A stretch of DNA of 64,000 bases from Candidatus Omnitrophota bacterium (lineage in GTDB: Bacteria; Omnitrophota; Gorgyraeia; Gygaellales; Profunditerraquicolaceae), in NCBI GenBank assembly GCA_028712505.1, contig JAQTQC010000001.1, forward strand, positions 77,635-141,634, given 5' to 3'. Every line of letters begins with the position of its first letter. The first letter of the stretch is position 1. A program made the translations under genes and the position numbers. The notes below the pieces were generated by a model that saw only the letters and a list, made by a program, of their open reading frames with translations, searched no databases and was not told where the DNA came from. Positions 9,665 to 20,787 of this stretch are shown piece after piece.

Positions 9665-10947
9665 GCATATTAATCAAAGGCGGAAGGGTAATTGACCCGG
9701 CGAATAAAATTGACGCTGTTTTAGATATTTTAATTGAGGATGATAAGATTGTCAGGGTCGCCAATGGTATTAAAACGCAGACGGATAGCATAATCGATGC
9801 CACTGGCAAAATTGTTGGCCCGGGGATTGTTGATATGCATGTGCATTTACGCCAGCCCGGCAGAGAGGATAAGGAAACAGTTGCTACTGCTACAGCCGCT
9901 GCTGCTAAGGGTGGGGTAACTACTGCTTTGGCCATGCCTAATACCAACCCAGCCATGGATTGTGCGGAAAACATTAAACTCTTAAAGGAGATAATTAGTA
10001 AGGATGCTAAGATAAACGTATTTATCTGTGGCGCTATCACCAAGGGGCGTTTGGGTCAAGAATTAAACCCTGTAGATATTTTAAAAGAAAACGGAGCCTG
10101 TGCTTTAAGCGATGATGGTTGTTCTGTTGATAATAGCGAGCTTATGCTTGAGGCATTTAAAAAAGCAAGGCAGTCTGGTATTTTGACTATCTGTCACTCT
10201 GAGGATAAGAAAATATCCGGTAAAGGGGTAATCAACTTGGGTTTTAATTCTACGCGGCTGGGCTTGCGGGGTATCTCTAATGAGTCAGAATACAAAAGAG
10301 TGGCGCGTGATATCGAATTGGCTCAAAAGGCCGGTTCGCCTGTGCATATTGCGCATGTCAGCTGCCGGCAATCAGTAGAAATAATTTCCCAGGCCAAGAA
10401 GAAAGGTCTGCAGGTAACTTGTGAAACCGCCCCGCATTATTTTTCATTAACAGAAGATGCGCTTTTGGGATATGATACAAATATGAAGATGAACCCTCCT
10501 TTGAGGAGCCCTGAAGACCTGATGGCAATCAAGCAAGGATTAAAGAGCGGTACAATTGATGTTATCGCTTCAGACCATGCTCCGCATACGGATAATGAAA
10601 AAGATATTGAATTTGAACGCGCAGAATTTGGGGTAGTTGGCTTGGAGACCGAATTAGCCGTGAGTATAACCGAATTGATTGATACGGAATTTATGGATTG
10701 GAGCAGCCTGTTTGAAAAACTTAGCTTCAACCCAGCCCGAATTCTAGGGTTAGATAAGGGGTCTTTAGGCCAAGGCAGGCCGGCTGATATAGTAATTATT
10801 TCTGCCGAAAAAGCATGGCTGGTCAGGAAAAATGAATTGATCTCTAAATCTAAAAATTCTGCTTTTCTCGGTCGTACCTTAAAAGGGACGGTAGATTATA
10901 CAATTTGCAACGGAAAGATAGTATATAAAAATGGAATTTATCGCTGA
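9661..10947 (+). CDS. pyrC: dihydroorotase
   Basis: DMHVHLRQPG metal-binding motif, DHAPH, amidohydrolase fold. ATGA overlap with pyrB. Confidence 0.9.
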   Translation: MSILIKGGRVIDPANKIDAVLDILIEDDKIVRVANGIKTQTDSIIDATGKIVGPGIVDMHVHLRQPGREDKETVATATAAAAKGGVTTALAMPNTNPAMDCAENIKLLKEIISKDAKINVFICGAITKGRLGQELNPVDILKENGACALSDDGCSVDNSELMLEAFKKARQSGILTICHSEDKKISGKGVINLGFNSTRLGLRGISNESEYKRVARDIELAQKAGSPVHIAHVSCRQSVEIISQAKKKGLQVTCETAPHYFSLTEDALLGYDTNMKMNPPLRSPEDLMAIKQGLKSGTIDVIASDHAPHTDNEKDIEFERAEFGVVGLETELAVSITELIDTEFMDWSSLFEKLSFNPARILGLDKGSLGQGRPADIVIISAEKAWLVRKNELISKSKNSAFLGRTLKGTVDYTICNGKIVYKNGIYR

Positions 10948-12169
10948 TTTTCATATCCATTCCAAATATTCTCGGGCAACCAGCCGCGATATGGATGTTA
11001 AGCATTTGGCAGAATGGGCAAAATTAAAAGGCGTTACCCTTATGGGTACCGGTGATTTTACGCATCATCTCTGGCTGGAAGAATTAAAGCATACATTAGA
11101 AGATTGCGGGAATGGTTTGTATAAACACGCAGGTATATATTTTATGCTTACTGCCGAGGTAAGCAGTATTTATTCCAAGAATGGACGGACTTACCGTATC
11201 CATAATTTAATTTTCAGCCCTTCATTTAAAAGCGTCGATAAGATCAATGAGAGGCTGGGAAGAATAGGTAATCTGGCTAGCGACGGTCGTCCGATATTAG
11301 GTTTGGATGCCGCAGAACTGGCGCGCATTGTTTTTGATATTGATGAAAACTGTATGATTGTCCCCGGGCATATTTGGACTCCCTGGTTTTCGGTATTTGG
11401 CTCTATGTCGGGTTTTGATAAGATCGAGGATTGTTTTGAAGCTCAAACGGAAAAGATATTTGCGCTGGAGACCGGGCTTTCCAGCGATCCGACAATGAAT
11501 TGGCGTCTGAGCGCTTTAGACAGGTTTACTCTAATTTCCAATAGTGATTCACATTCTCCCTCCAGGATAGGACGTGAGGCAAATGTTTTTAATTGTGAGT
11601 TGGATTATAAAACCATAAGAGAAGTTTTAAAAACAAAAGATAGGAAAAGATTTCTTTATACCATAGAATTTTTCCCTGAAGAAGGGAAGTATCATTTTGA
11701 CGGTCACAGGCTTTGCGGCATTCGCTGGTCTCCCCAAGAAACCAAGGCGCATAACGGCAAATGCCCCAAATGCGGTAAGAATGTAACTGTGGGAGTAGTT
11801 AACCGGGTTGAGAAGTTAGCCGATCGCGCTGAAGGTTTTGTTCCGGATAATGCCATACCTTTTAAAAATCTTGTTTCGTTGGATCAGATAATTGCGGAAA
11901 CAAAAGGTGTTGCCAAGACCAGTGTAGGAGTAGAAAAAGATTACCGAAGCTACTTAGCAAACTTTGGTACAGAATTTGATATATTAATGCGAGCTTCCAG
12001 AGAAGACCTATCTAAGAAACTACCGGTTAGAGTTGTTGAAGGCATTATGAGGATGCGTACCGGAAGAATAAATATAAAACCGGGTTACGATGGAGAATAC
12101 GGGGTAATTTCAATATTTGACAAAGACGAGCCTGAAGCAAAACATGAACAGCAGCTTGATCTGTTTTAA
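10931..12169 (+). CDS. PHP-domain nuclease, endonuclease Q-like (TIGR00375-type) with zinc ribbon
   Basis: N-terminal DFHIHSKYS PHP motif, more His/Asp metal ligands (HHLW, GHIWTPWF, SNSDSH), and a CGIRW...CPKCGKN C4 zinc ribbon. Size 412 aa fits EndoQ. Overlaps pyrC by 17 nt. Confidence 0.5.
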   Translation: MEFIADFHIHSKYSRATSRDMDVKHLAEWAKLKGVTLMGTGDFTHHLWLEELKHTLEDCGNGLYKHAGIYFMLTAEVSSIYSKNGRTYRIHNLIFSPSFKSVDKINERLGRIGNLASDGRPILGLDAAELARIVFDIDENCMIVPGHIWTPWFSVFGSMSGFDKIEDCFEAQTEKIFALETGLSSDPTMNWRLSALDRFTLISNSDSHSPSRIGREANVFNCELDYKTIREVLKTKDRKRFLYTIEFFPEEGKYHFDGHRLCGIRWSPQETKAHNGKCPKCGKNVTVGVVNRVEKLADRAEGFVPDNAIPFKNLVSLDQIIAETKGVAKTSVGVEKDYRSYLANFGTEFDILMRASREDLSKKLPVRVVEGIMRMRTGRINIKPGYDGEYGVISIFDKDEPEAKHEQQLDLF

Positions 12170-12177
12170 GAAATGAT

Positions 12178-12249
12178 GCGCCTGTGGCTCAACGGATAGA
12201 GCACTAGCCTCCGAAGCTGGTGGTGCAGGTTCAATTCCTGCCAGGCGCA
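12178..12249 (+). tRNA. tRNA-Arg (anticodon CCG)
   Basis: Cloverleaf folded by hand: acceptor gcgcctg/caggcgc, D-arm gctc..gagc, anticodon stem ctagc/gctgg with loop cuCCGaa, T-arm gcagg-ttcaatt-cctgc. CCA not encoded. Confidence 0.8.
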
Positions 12250-12491
12250 ATAAAACAACGGCAGGAAGTGTATTTATAGTTCACTCCGCTCGAAACTCGG
12301 CAGGTTTCGCTAAATAAAAACTGTAGAGGCATTGATTATTGCCAAGTTTAATAAGCGGTGGGTAAAGAGATCAATTGGTGTAAGTGGTGTAAAAAACCCA
12401 TATAATACCTAAAAAAGTGATTAAAGTGGTTTATATTCTGGTTCAAGCTGGTTCACGTGGAGCGATTAAGGCATAGAAGAGAGGTTAAGCC

Positions 12492-13571
12492 GTGAAGGCG
12501 ATATTAGTTTTAGAAGATGGAAAAAGTTTTAATGCGAATAGTGATTTAAACTCAGAATGTTTCGGAGAAGTAATTTTAAACACCGCTGTAGTGGGTTATC
12601 AGGAGATGATTACAGATCCGGCTAATGCCGGAAAAATCCTTGTCCTTACTTACCCTTTAATTGGTAATTACGGAACAGCGCCAAAATTTAATGAATCGCT
12701 CAAGGTTTGGGTAAGCGGACTGGTGGTTAAGGAGACAAGCCGGATTTATTCTAATTTTCAGGCAAAGTCAGGTCTGAGTGATTTTCTGAAAGAAAAGAAC
12801 GCTTTTGCAATTCGTGGCTTGGATACCCGTACCTTGGCTGTACATCTAAGGGAAAAAGGCCCGCTGTGGGGAATAATTTCTACCAAGACACTTGACGTTA
12901 AGAAATTAGTTGAAAAGATAAACCAGATTAAGAAGCAGCCTGAGCAATCTCTTTTGCCGGAAATATCGGTTCCCAAACAGAAGATTTTAGGCAAGGGAGA
13001 GAAGCTGGCGGTTTTAGACATAGGTGTAACTAATGGGCTATTAAAACAATTAGAAACATTGGGCTATTCTTTAAATATTTTTCCTTATAATGCCAGCGCA
13101 AGGCAAATTTTATCAGTTAATCCTAAAGGGATAGTTATTTCAAGCGGCCCGGAAAATGATCCGGGGTTGAAACAGGTAGCGTTGAACATAAAACCGCTTA
13201 TCGGTAAATTACCAATGATCGGGATTGCTACAGGCTGTCAGGTTTTAGCATCGGCTTTAGGAGTAGGATTAATCCGGTTAAAATTAGGGCATCGAGGGGT
13301 AAATTACCCGTTAGCCAGAACAGGTTCATTTAAAGGGGAGATTACTGTTCAGAATCATGGGTGTGTTATGGATTATGATGCATTATGTAAAGTTAAAGGG
13401 TTAAAGGTTACTGCTTATAATTTAAATGACCATACTCCCGAGGAGATAGAGAGTAAAAGTTTAAAGTTAATCGGTGTGCAGTATAATCCGGTATCTGCTG
13501 GTTTTGACCAAGTAAATCCTATATTGGTTAAATTTAAAAAACTATTAGGGGATAAATGTGCCAAGGCGTAA
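12492..13571 (+). CDS. carA: carbamoyl-phosphate synthase small (glutamine amidotransferase) subunit
   Basis: CarA N-domain ([14 protein letters not shown]) and class I GATase domain with catalytic Cys (GIATGCQ). GTG start preceded by AGAGAGG. Confidence 0.9.
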   Translation: MKAILVLEDGKSFNANSDLNSECFGEVILNTAVVGYQEMITDPANAGKILVLTYPLIGNYGTAPKFNESLKVWVSGLVVKETSRIYSNFQAKSGLSDFLKEKNAFAIRGLDTRTLAVHLREKGPLWGIISTKTLDVKKLVEKINQIKKQPEQSLLPEISVPKQKILGKGEKLAVLDIGVTNGLLKQLETLGYSLNIFPYNASARQILSVNPKGIVISSGPENDPGLKQVALNIKPLIGKLPMIGIATGCQVLASALGVGLIRLKLGHRGVNYPLARTGSFKGEITVQNHGCVMDYDALCKVKGLKVTAYNLNDHTPEEIESKSLKLIGVQYNPVSAGFDQVNPILVKFKKLLGDKCAKA

Positions 13572-16500
13572 AGACATAAAAAAGGTTTTAATAATCGGTT
13601 CCGGTCCGATAGTTATCGGCCAGGCCTGTGAATTTGATTATTCAGGATCTCAGGCTTGTAAGGCCCTGAGAGAAGAAGGTTATCGCACCGTTTTAGTAAA
13701 TTCTAACCCGGCAACGATTATGACCGATCCTGGAATGGCTGATGTTACATATATTGAGCCTCTTAACATAGAGGTGCTTACAAAAATAATTGCTAAAGAG
13801 AAACCGGATGCCATATTGCCTACGCTGGGAGGTCAAACGGGATTGAACCTGGCATTCTTTTTAATGAAAGAGGGCGTGCTTAAGAAATACGGAGTGGAGT
13901 CGATAGGTTCTTCTGTGGGTGCTATTGCTTGCGCCGAAGATAGGGATCTTTTTAAGAAGGCGATGCAGGAAATCGGAATAGATATTCCCAAGAGCGGGAT
14001 TGCTACAACTGTTAAGGAAGGAATGAAAATTGGTTTAGATATCGGGTTTCCTTTAATCTTGCGTCCGGCCTATTGCCTGGGTGGTAGCGGAGGGGCTATA
14101 GCATATAATAAAGAAGAACTGGAAGTCTTCCTGGCCAAGGGTATTGAGGCCAGTCCAGTGCATCAGATTTTAGTAGAACAGTCTGTTTTGGGCTGGAAGG
14201 AGATTGAATTTGAAGTAATGCGGGATTGTGCGGACAACGTGATTATGGTTACTTCTATGGAAAATGTAGATCCTATGGGTGTACATACCGGAGATAGTAT
14301 TGTTGTTGCTCCTGCCCAAACCTTGACTCCCGAGGAGTATGCTAATTTTGTTAACCTTTGCAGAAAAATTATCCGTAAGATTGGGATATCCGGCGGAGGC
14401 GCCAATATTCAGTTTGGTCAGAATCCGGATAACGGCAAGATCGTGATTATCGAGGTAAACCCCAGGCTTTCCCGCTCTTCGGCTTTAGCATCAAAGGCTA
14501 CCGGGATACCTATTGCCAGGATTGCTACAAAATTAGCTATAGGCTTGACATTGCCTGAAGTGATGAATCAGGTTACCGGAAAAACCACTTCATTTTTTGA
14601 GCCGACAGTGGATTATTGCGTATTCAAAATCTGCAGGTTCACTTTTGAAAAATTCCCCTATGCTGAAAGAGTGCTGAATACTTCGATGAAGGCCGTAGGA
14701 GAAGCAATGTCTATCGGAAGAAATTTTAAAGAAGCTATGCAAAAAGGTATACGTTCAATTGAAATAAAGCGGTATGGTTTTGGAGCTGACGGAAAGGATA
14801 AGATCAGCGACGAAATGCTTAAAAACGCCGATAGCGCCTTGATAAAACAAATTAAAGACAGGGTTTCTGTTCCTAACGATGAGAGGCTTTTTTATATCCG
14901 CTATGCCTTAAAAGCCGGCTTAAGTCTTGATGAAATTTATGCATTAAGCCATATTGACCGCTGGTTTCTTGACAATATGAAACAGCTGGTGGAACAAGAA
15001 GAGGAAATCAAACATTATAAAAACAAAAAAATAGAAGATGAGCCAAATATACCACAGGAGTTGTTGGCGCAAGCAAAAGCAGATGGGTTTTCCGATGTCC
15101 AGCTTGCTTTTTTGCTCAACGCCAAGGAGGAAAAAGTGAGGAAATTGCATAAAAAAAGTAATTCCAAGCCAGTCTACAAGTTAGTTGATACTTGCGCCGG
15201 AGAGTTCAATGCCAGGCAGCCGTATTTTTATTCAACCCAGGAAACTAAGGATGAGGCCAGGCCAAGCAAGAATAAGAAGGTGATAATCCTGGGTGGCGGT
15301 CCAAATAGGATTGGCCAGGGTATCGAGTTTGATTATTGTTGTTGTCATGCGGCCTATGCACTTAAGGAAGAGGGTGTAGATAGCATAATGGTTAATTGCA
15401 ACCCCGAGACAGTCTCTACTGATTATGATACCTCTGACCGCCTGTATTTTGAGCCCCTTACATTTGAAGATATTATGAATATTATCGAGACTGAAAAGCC
15501 GATAGGGGTGATTGTGCAATTTGGCGGCCAGACTCCGATTAACCTGGCAGTATCATTACGGGAAGCGGGAGTAAATATCCTGGGAACCAGTTCTGAAAGC
15601 ATCGATATCGCCGAGGACCGTAAACGTTTCAAACAGATGATTGATAAACTAGGGCTATTGCAGCCAAAAAGCGGCACAGTCTTCACTTTTGAGGAGGCGC
15701 AGAAAGTAGCCAATGATATCGGTTATCCCGTTTTAGTCCGGCCGTCATATGTTCTGGGTGGCAGGGCTATGGAGATTGTATATGATGCGGAATTATTGGA
15801 AAGATTTATTAAAGAGGCATCTGAGGTTTCCGGTGAACATCCAATTCTGATAGATAAATTCCTTGAAGATGCTATTGAGATTGATGTGGATTTAATCGGA
15901 GACGGCGAGACCTTTGTCATCGGTGGCATTATGGAACATATTGAGCAGGCAGGAGTCCATTCCGGGGATGCGGCCATGTCTCTTCCTACTTATACTCTGT
16001 CTCCGGATATCTTAGAAAAAATAAGGAAGGCTACTTATAGTTTAGCCAGAGAACTTAATATCATTGGTTTGATGAATGTGCAGTATGCGGTTAAAGATGC
16101 CAAGGTCTATATACTAGAAGTTAACCCGCGGGCATCGCGTACCGTTCCTTTGGTTTCTAAGGTTATTGGCGTGCCTCTGGCAAAATTGGCAACTAAGGTT
16201 ATGCTGGGGAAAAAACTAAAAGATTTAGGTTTTACCGAAGAATTGATTCCTCAACATGTAGCGGTGAAGGAATCGGTTTTTCCTTTTAACCGCTTTCCCG
16301 GGGTAGATGTAATGTTAGGTCCGGAGATGAAATCTACCGGCGAGGTTATGGGTATTGATGCAGATTTTTCCAGCGCTTATATCAAAAGTCAGATTGCCGC
16401 CGGCCAGAAGATCCCCAAGAAGGGCAATGTTTTTATCTCCGTGCATGATCGGGATAAAAGAGATGTGATTTCTATTGCAAAGAAGCTAAAAGATCTGGGG

Positions 16501-16836
16501 TTTAATCTTTTTGCTTCAAGCGGCACAGCTTCAGTGTTGGAGAAAAATAATATTCCGGCCAAGGTTTTGCCCAAGATCACCGAAGGCAGGCCGAATATAC
16601 TGGATCTGATGAAAGATGGAAAGATCCAGATGGTCATTAACACACCATCCGGAAGGATCCCCCGTCAGGATGAGGTAAAAATACGCTCTCAGGTAATTCT
16701 TTACAATATACCTTATACCACCACGATTTTTGGAGCCCAGGCAACTGTAAACGGGATCGAGATGTTTATGAAGAAAGACTTGAGCGTGAAATCATTACAG
16801 GAGTACCACAAGGTTAAAGGAAAAAAGATTAAGTAG
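13558..16836 (+). CDS. carB: carbamoyl-phosphate synthase large subunit
   Basis: Duplicated ATP-grasp halves ([23 protein letters not shown] and [22 protein letters not shown]), oligomerisation and MGS-like C-terminal domains. 1092 aa. Overlaps the carA stop. Confidence 0.95.
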   Translation: MPRRKDIKKVLIIGSGPIVIGQACEFDYSGSQACKALREEGYRTVLVNSNPATIMTDPGMADVTYIEPLNIEVLTKIIAKEKPDAILPTLGGQTGLNLAFFLMKEGVLKKYGVESIGSSVGAIACAEDRDLFKKAMQEIGIDIPKSGIATTVKEGMKIGLDIGFPLILRPAYCLGGSGGAIAYNKEELEVFLAKGIEASPVHQILVEQSVLGWKEIEFEVMRDCADNVIMVTSMENVDPMGVHTGDSIVVAPAQTLTPEEYANFVNLCRKIIRKIGISGGGANIQFGQNPDNGKIVIIEVNPRLSRSSALASKATGIPIARIATKLAIGLTLPEVMNQVTGKTTSFFEPTVDYCVFKICRFTFEKFPYAERVLNTSMKAVGEAMSIGRNFKEAMQKGIRSIEIKRYGFGADGKDKISDEMLKNADSALIKQIKDRVSVPNDERLFYIRYALKAGLSLDEIYALSHIDRWFLDNMKQLVEQEEEIKHYKNKKIEDEPNIPQELLAQAKADGFSDVQLAFLLNAKEEKVRKLHKKSNSKPVYKLVDTCAGEFNARQPYFYSTQETKDEARPSKNKKVIILGGGPNRIGQGIEFDYCCCHAAYALKEEGVDSIMVNCNPETVSTDYDTSDRLYFEPLTFEDIMNIIETEKPIGVIVQFGGQTPINLAVSLREAGVNILGTSSESIDIAEDRKRFKQMIDKLGLLQPKSGTVFTFEEAQKVANDIGYPVLVRPSYVLGGRAMEIVYDAELLERFIKEASEVSGEHPILIDKFLEDAIEIDVDLIGDGETFVIGGIMEHIEQAGVHSGDAAMSLPTYTLSPDILEKIRKATYSLARELNIIGLMNVQYAVKDAKVYILEVNPRASRTVPLVSKVIGVPLAKLATKVMLGKKLKDLGFTEELIPQHVAVKESVFPFNRFPGVDVMLGPEMKSTGEVMGIDADFSSAYIKSQIAAGQKIPKKGNVFISVHDRDKRDVISIAKKLKDLGFNLFASSGTASVLEKNNIPAKVLPKITEGRPNILDLMKDGKIQMVINTPSGRIPRQDEVKIRSQVILYNIPYTTTIFGAQATVNGIEMFMKKDLSVKSLQEYHKVKGKKIK

Positions 16837-16845
16837 GACGGGAAT

Positions 16846-17664
16846 ATGCCGGAACTGCCGGAAGTAGAGACAATCAAAAGAGACATGCAAAAGGTAATCC
16901 TGGGCAGAAAAATCACCGGGGTCTATGTTCATAAGCCTGTTGTGATCCGGGAACCATCGCCTGCTGCCTTTAAAAAGTCTCTCCAGGGCCTGACTATAAA
17001 GAATATCTTACGCCGGGGCAAGCTTTTGATTTTAGAATTATCAAACGGTTCTTTCCTAACTATCCATTTAAAAATGACCGGGCAGTTGGTGCTCAGTCAA
17101 AATCTGAGAAACTCGGGCGGTTCCGGGAACAGCCGGGTGACTTTTCAGCTTTCCGGAGGGAAAACTCTGAATTTTAATGACCAGCGTCTATTTGGGGAGT
17201 TGCGTTTAGTTGATAGCTGGAAGAAAATTAAATTTATCCAGGGGCTTGGCCCGGAGCCATTTGATTTGACTTATGGAGGGTTTCAGGATATGCTCTCTGA
17301 AAAGAAAACCAGGATCAAGCCTTTGCTTATGGATCAATCGTTTATCTCCGGAATCGGTAATATCTATGCAGCGGAGATTTTATTCCGGGCCAGGATTGAT
17401 CCGGACAGGCCCGCGCAAAGTTTAAGTGAAAAAGAAAAGCAAGCGCTATATAAAGCAATCAAGGAAGTGTTAAAGAGCGCAATTAAACATGGTGGATCTT
17501 CTATCGATGACTATGTGCAGCTTTCAGGTAAGCGGGGAGATTATGTTAAGTTTCACCGGGTTTATGGCAGACAGGGCCAACCTTGTTTTGTCTGTAATAG
17601 TATAATCAAAAAAAATACTCAAGGAGGCAGAGGCACATATTTTTGTCCCAAGTGCCAAAAGTAG
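16846..17664 (+). CDS. mutM: formamidopyrimidine-DNA glycosylase (Fpg/MutM)
   Basis: MPELPEVE N-terminus with catalytic Pro2/Glu3, H2TH region, C-terminal zinc finger CFVC...CPKC. Confidence 0.9.
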   Translation: MPELPEVETIKRDMQKVILGRKITGVYVHKPVVIREPSPAAFKKSLQGLTIKNILRRGKLLILELSNGSFLTIHLKMTGQLVLSQNLRNSGGSGNSRVTFQLSGGKTLNFNDQRLFGELRLVDSWKKIKFIQGLGPEPFDLTYGGFQDMLSEKKTRIKPLLMDQSFISGIGNIYAAEILFRARIDPDRPAQSLSEKEKQALYKAIKEVLKSAIKHGGSSIDDYVQLSGKRGDYVKFHRVYGRQGQPCFVCNSIIKKNTQGGRGTYFCPKCQK

Positions 17665-17667
17665 ACT

Positions 17668-18378
17668 ATGAAAAGACGACTTAAGATCAACGGGGTCATT
17701 ATGGCCTGCGCGGCAATTATAGTTGTATTTTTCCCCAGGTTTTTCTTTCGCTACAATATTTCCGGTGGCGGCATAGAAGAGTATGTGGAGATCCTGGGAT
17801 TTTCTTGTATTCTCCTGGGTCAGATAATCCGGGTCTCCGCCCGTGGCTATAAAGCAGAGCATTCTTGCGAAAGCCAGGCATTAATCCAGGGTGGTCCTTA
17901 TCAGATTGTACGCAATCCTATGTACCTGGGTATATTCTTAATCGGCTTGGGCGTGGTATTGGCGGTGTTTAAATGGTGGGCAGCGGTAATTTTCATTATA
18001 GTTTTTATTATCCGCTATATAATGCTTATATATAAAGAAGAAAAGAAGCTCTTATCCGTGTTTCTTGAACCATATAAAGATTATTGTAAAAGGGTGCCGC
18101 GTATATTGCCGTCGCTATTTACGATAACCAAACTTGACATAAGCGAATATTTACCAATCAAATTATCCTGGTTTAAAAAAGAAATCGGTTCAATTTTATC
18201 GCTTCTTTTGTTGACCCTGTTAGTAGAATCTTGGGAGGATATCACCAAGGAGGGACTTGGTTTTTACATCCGGCAATCTCTGTGGTTATTTCTCACCTTT
18301 GTTTTATTTATAATTTTTATAATCTTACTGAGTCATTGGACAACTAAAAGAGATGAAAAAGCTGCAGATAAAAAGTAA
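17668..18378 (+). CDS. isoprenylcysteine carboxyl methyltransferase (ICMT)/phospholipid methyltransferase family membrane protein
   Basis: Multi-TM protein with the IQGGPYQIVRNPMYLG motif characteristic of the ICMT/PEMT family. Confidence 0.65.
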   Translation: MKRRLKINGVIMACAAIIVVFFPRFFFRYNISGGGIEEYVEILGFSCILLGQIIRVSARGYKAEHSCESQALIQGGPYQIVRNPMYLGIFLIGLGVVLAVFKWWAAVIFIIVFIIRYIMLIYKEEKKLLSVFLEPYKDYCKRVPRILPSLFTITKLDISEYLPIKLSWFKKEIGSILSLLLLTLLVESWEDITKEGLGFYIRQSLWLFLTFVLFIIFIILLSHWTTKRDEKAADKK

Positions 18379-19144
18379 AATAATTTCCAATAAAAAACTT
18401 AAAAACAATTATTGGTATTTAGAGTTTGAATCCGGGGTAATCGCTGGAAACGCCGTACCAGGGCAGTTTATCGAGGTTAAGATTAATGATGGAACGGATC
18501 CGTTATTAAGAAGGCCGATCAGTATTCATAACGTAAGTAAGTCAGGGGTAAGGCTTCTTTATGAAGTTGTCGGCCGAGGTACTCAGATTTTGTCTGAGAA
18601 AAGACCTGGCGATCTTTTAGATATCATCGGTCCCCTGGGTAATGGTTTTGAATATCTCCGCAGAACCGCAAAACCGGATCCTGCCCAAGCTGTTTTAGTT
18701 GCCGGAGGCATGGGGGTGGCGCCGTTAGTTTTTCTGGCTGAGAAAATTAAATTTCTCAGTCCGTTGGTTTTGGTGGGAGCCAGAAAGAAAGAACAGATTC
18801 TCTGTTCGAAGGAGTTCAAGGCTTTGGGTTGTAAATTAATCATCGCTACCGATGACGGTTCTTTCGGGTTTAAGGGAAAAGTTACGGATCTTTTAAAAGA
18901 AATCCTATTAAAAAAATCCCCGGTGGAGAGGCCTATGAATATATATGCCTGCGGCCCCCAGCCGATGTTAAAAGCTGTTGCCCAACTTTCCTGTGAGAAT
19001 AATATTACCAGTCAGCTTTCCCTGGAGAGGCACATGGCTTGTGGATTTGGTGCATGTTTAGGTTGTGTTGTATCGACTAAGGCAGGATATAAAAGAGTTT
19101 GTAAAGATGGCCCGGTTTTCTTGGGTAAGGAGTTAATTTGGTAA
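18353..19144 (+). CDS. pyrK: dihydroorotate dehydrogenase electron transfer subunit
   Basis: FAD-binding RRPISIHN, NAD-binding GGMGVAP, C-terminal 2Fe-2S Cys cluster CGFGACLGCVV. Confidence 0.85.
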   Translation: MKKLQIKSKIISNKKLKNNYWYLEFESGVIAGNAVPGQFIEVKINDGTDPLLRRPISIHNVSKSGVRLLYEVVGRGTQILSEKRPGDLLDIIGPLGNGFEYLRRTAKPDPAQAVLVAGGMGVAPLVFLAEKIKFLSPLVLVGARKKEQILCSKEFKALGCKLIIATDDGSFGFKGKVTDLLKEILLKKSPVERPMNIYACGPQPMLKAVAQLSCENNITSQLSLERHMACGFGACLGCVVSTKAGYKRVCKDGPVFLGKELIW

Positions 19145-20073
19145 AGAATATCAAACCTGATATCAGCGTAAATATCGGGAATCTTGATTTGAATAATCCG
19201 GTAATGGTTGCCTCTGGAACTTTTGGTTATGCTGAGGAGTTTAAGGGATTGATCGACTTGAATAAGCTGGGGGCCATAGTTACTAAAACTATTACTGTAA
19301 AGCCGCGACTCGGTAATCTGCCTCCTCGGACTTGTGAGACTCCTTCGGGTATGCTTAATTCTATCGGATTGGAGAATCCGGGTATAGATGTATTTATAGA
19401 GGAAAAGCTGCCATTCTTAAAGAAGCTGGGTATCCCGGTTATCGTCAGCATAGCCGCAGAAGATAGCCCGGAAGAGTTTTCTGCTCTAGTTAGCAAGCTG
19501 GATAAAATTGGCACGGTTTCAGCGATTGAATTGAATATTTCCTGTCCTAATTTACAAAAAGATAGATTAATTTCTCAAGATGCCAAAGCTACTTTTGCAT
19601 TGGTTAGCGTAGTTCGTAAGTTAACGTCAAAGATTCTGATTACCAAACTGTCGCCCAATGTTACTTGTATATCTGATATCGCCATGGCTGCCGAAGGAGC
19701 CGGTAGCGACGCTTTAGCTTTAATTAATACGCTTAGCGGGATGAGTATAGATGTGCATAAGTGTATTCCCAGGCTGGGTGCTTGGGAGGGTGGTTTAAGC
19801 GGTCCAGCTGTCCGACCGATAGCGGTTAAGATGGTTTGGGAGGTTTATAATAAGATTAAGATTCCCATAATCGGCATGGGTGGTATAATGGATACGGAAA
19901 GTGCCCTCGAGTTTATTCTTGCCGGGGCCACTGCTATCAGCGTGGGAACCGCCAACTTTATTAATCCGAAAGCGAGTTTAGAAATTATCTCCGGATTAAG
20001 GCAGTATATGGCGGATAATGGTATTGCGAATTTGAATAATCTCATCGGAAGATTAAAGGAATGCAAAGATTAA
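19138..20073 (+). CDS. pyrD: dihydroorotate dehydrogenase catalytic subunit (class 1B)
   Basis: NPVMVASGTFGY, ELNISCPN and GGI..G motifs of class 1 DHODH. Apparent TTG start overlapping the pyrK stop. Confidence 0.9.
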   Translation: MVKNIKPDISVNIGNLDLNNPVMVASGTFGYAEEFKGLIDLNKLGAIVTKTITVKPRLGNLPPRTCETPSGMLNSIGLENPGIDVFIEEKLPFLKKLGIPVIVSIAAEDSPEEFSALVSKLDKIGTVSAIELNISCPNLQKDRLISQDAKATFALVSVVRKLTSKILITKLSPNVTCISDIAMAAEGAGSDALALINTLSGMSIDVHKCIPRLGAWEGGLSGPAVRPIAVKMVWEVYNKIKIPIIGMGGIMDTESALEFILAGATAISVGTANFINPKASLEIISGLRQYMADNGIANLNNLIGRLKECKD

Positions 20074-20762
20074 GTTCACCCGAGATAATCTTAGCCTTGG
20101 ATGTAAACACGTTAGAAGAGGCTGAGAAATTTGTGGATAAGCTTTATCCGAAGATAAAGTTTTTTAAGGTCGGCAGCCATCTTTTTACGGCTTATGGGCC
20201 TAAGATTATTGAGTTATTGCATAAAAAGGGGGCTGAGGTTTTTTTAGATCTTAAGTATTTTGATATACCTAATACCGTTGCTCAAGCTGTAGCTGCTGCG
20301 GTAAGGCTTAGAGTAAAAATGCTCACCCTGCATATTTCTGGCGGGCAGGAAATGCTAAAAGCCGCGGTGGAATCAGCTAAAGAGCAGTCTAGGGTATTAA
20401 AAAATCCCCCGTCTTTGTTGATCGGAGTTACTGTCCTTACCAGCCAAAAAACTAATCCCCGAGAGGTCTTGAAATTAGCAAAGCAGGCAATAGCCTGCGG
20501 GTTAGATGGGGTGGTTTGTTCTGCGCAGGAAGGTATAATTTTGCGGCGTAAAATTAAGAATAATTTTATCATGGTTACTCCGGGAATCCGTCCGGATGAA
20601 TTTGAACGGGATGATCAAAAAAGAATAACCACAGTAAGTCAGGCAGTAAAGGCGGGAAGCGATTTCTTAGTGATTGGCAGGCCGATTCTAAAGGCCGATT
20701 ATCCGTTATTAACAACGGAAGCACTTTTAGGAGATTTATCCCGTTCGGCGGTAGGCCATTAA
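20061..20762 (+). CDS. pyrF: orotidine 5'-phosphate decarboxylase
   Basis: ILALDV...KVGSHLF with active-site Lys and DLKYFDIPNTV typical of OMP decarboxylase. Confidence 0.85.
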   Translation: MQRLSSPEIILALDVNTLEEAEKFVDKLYPKIKFFKVGSHLFTAYGPKIIELLHKKGAEVFLDLKYFDIPNTVAQAVAAAVRLRVKMLTLHISGGQEMLKAAVESAKEQSRVLKNPPSLLIGVTVLTSQKTNPREVLKLAKQAIACGLDGVVCSAQEGIILRRKIKNNFIMVTPGIRPDEFERDDQKRITTVSQAVKAGSDFLVIGRPILKADYPLLTTEALLGDLSRSAVGH

Positions 20763-20787
20763 ATAAAAATCCCAGGGGGTGTTCTAG

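Noticed and set aside
12250..12491. Second PyrR binding loop or attenuator before carA
   Set aside because: No GUCCAG...GCAAGG-like element or U-tract terminator was found. Only a lone TATAAT at about 12398 without a convincing -35.
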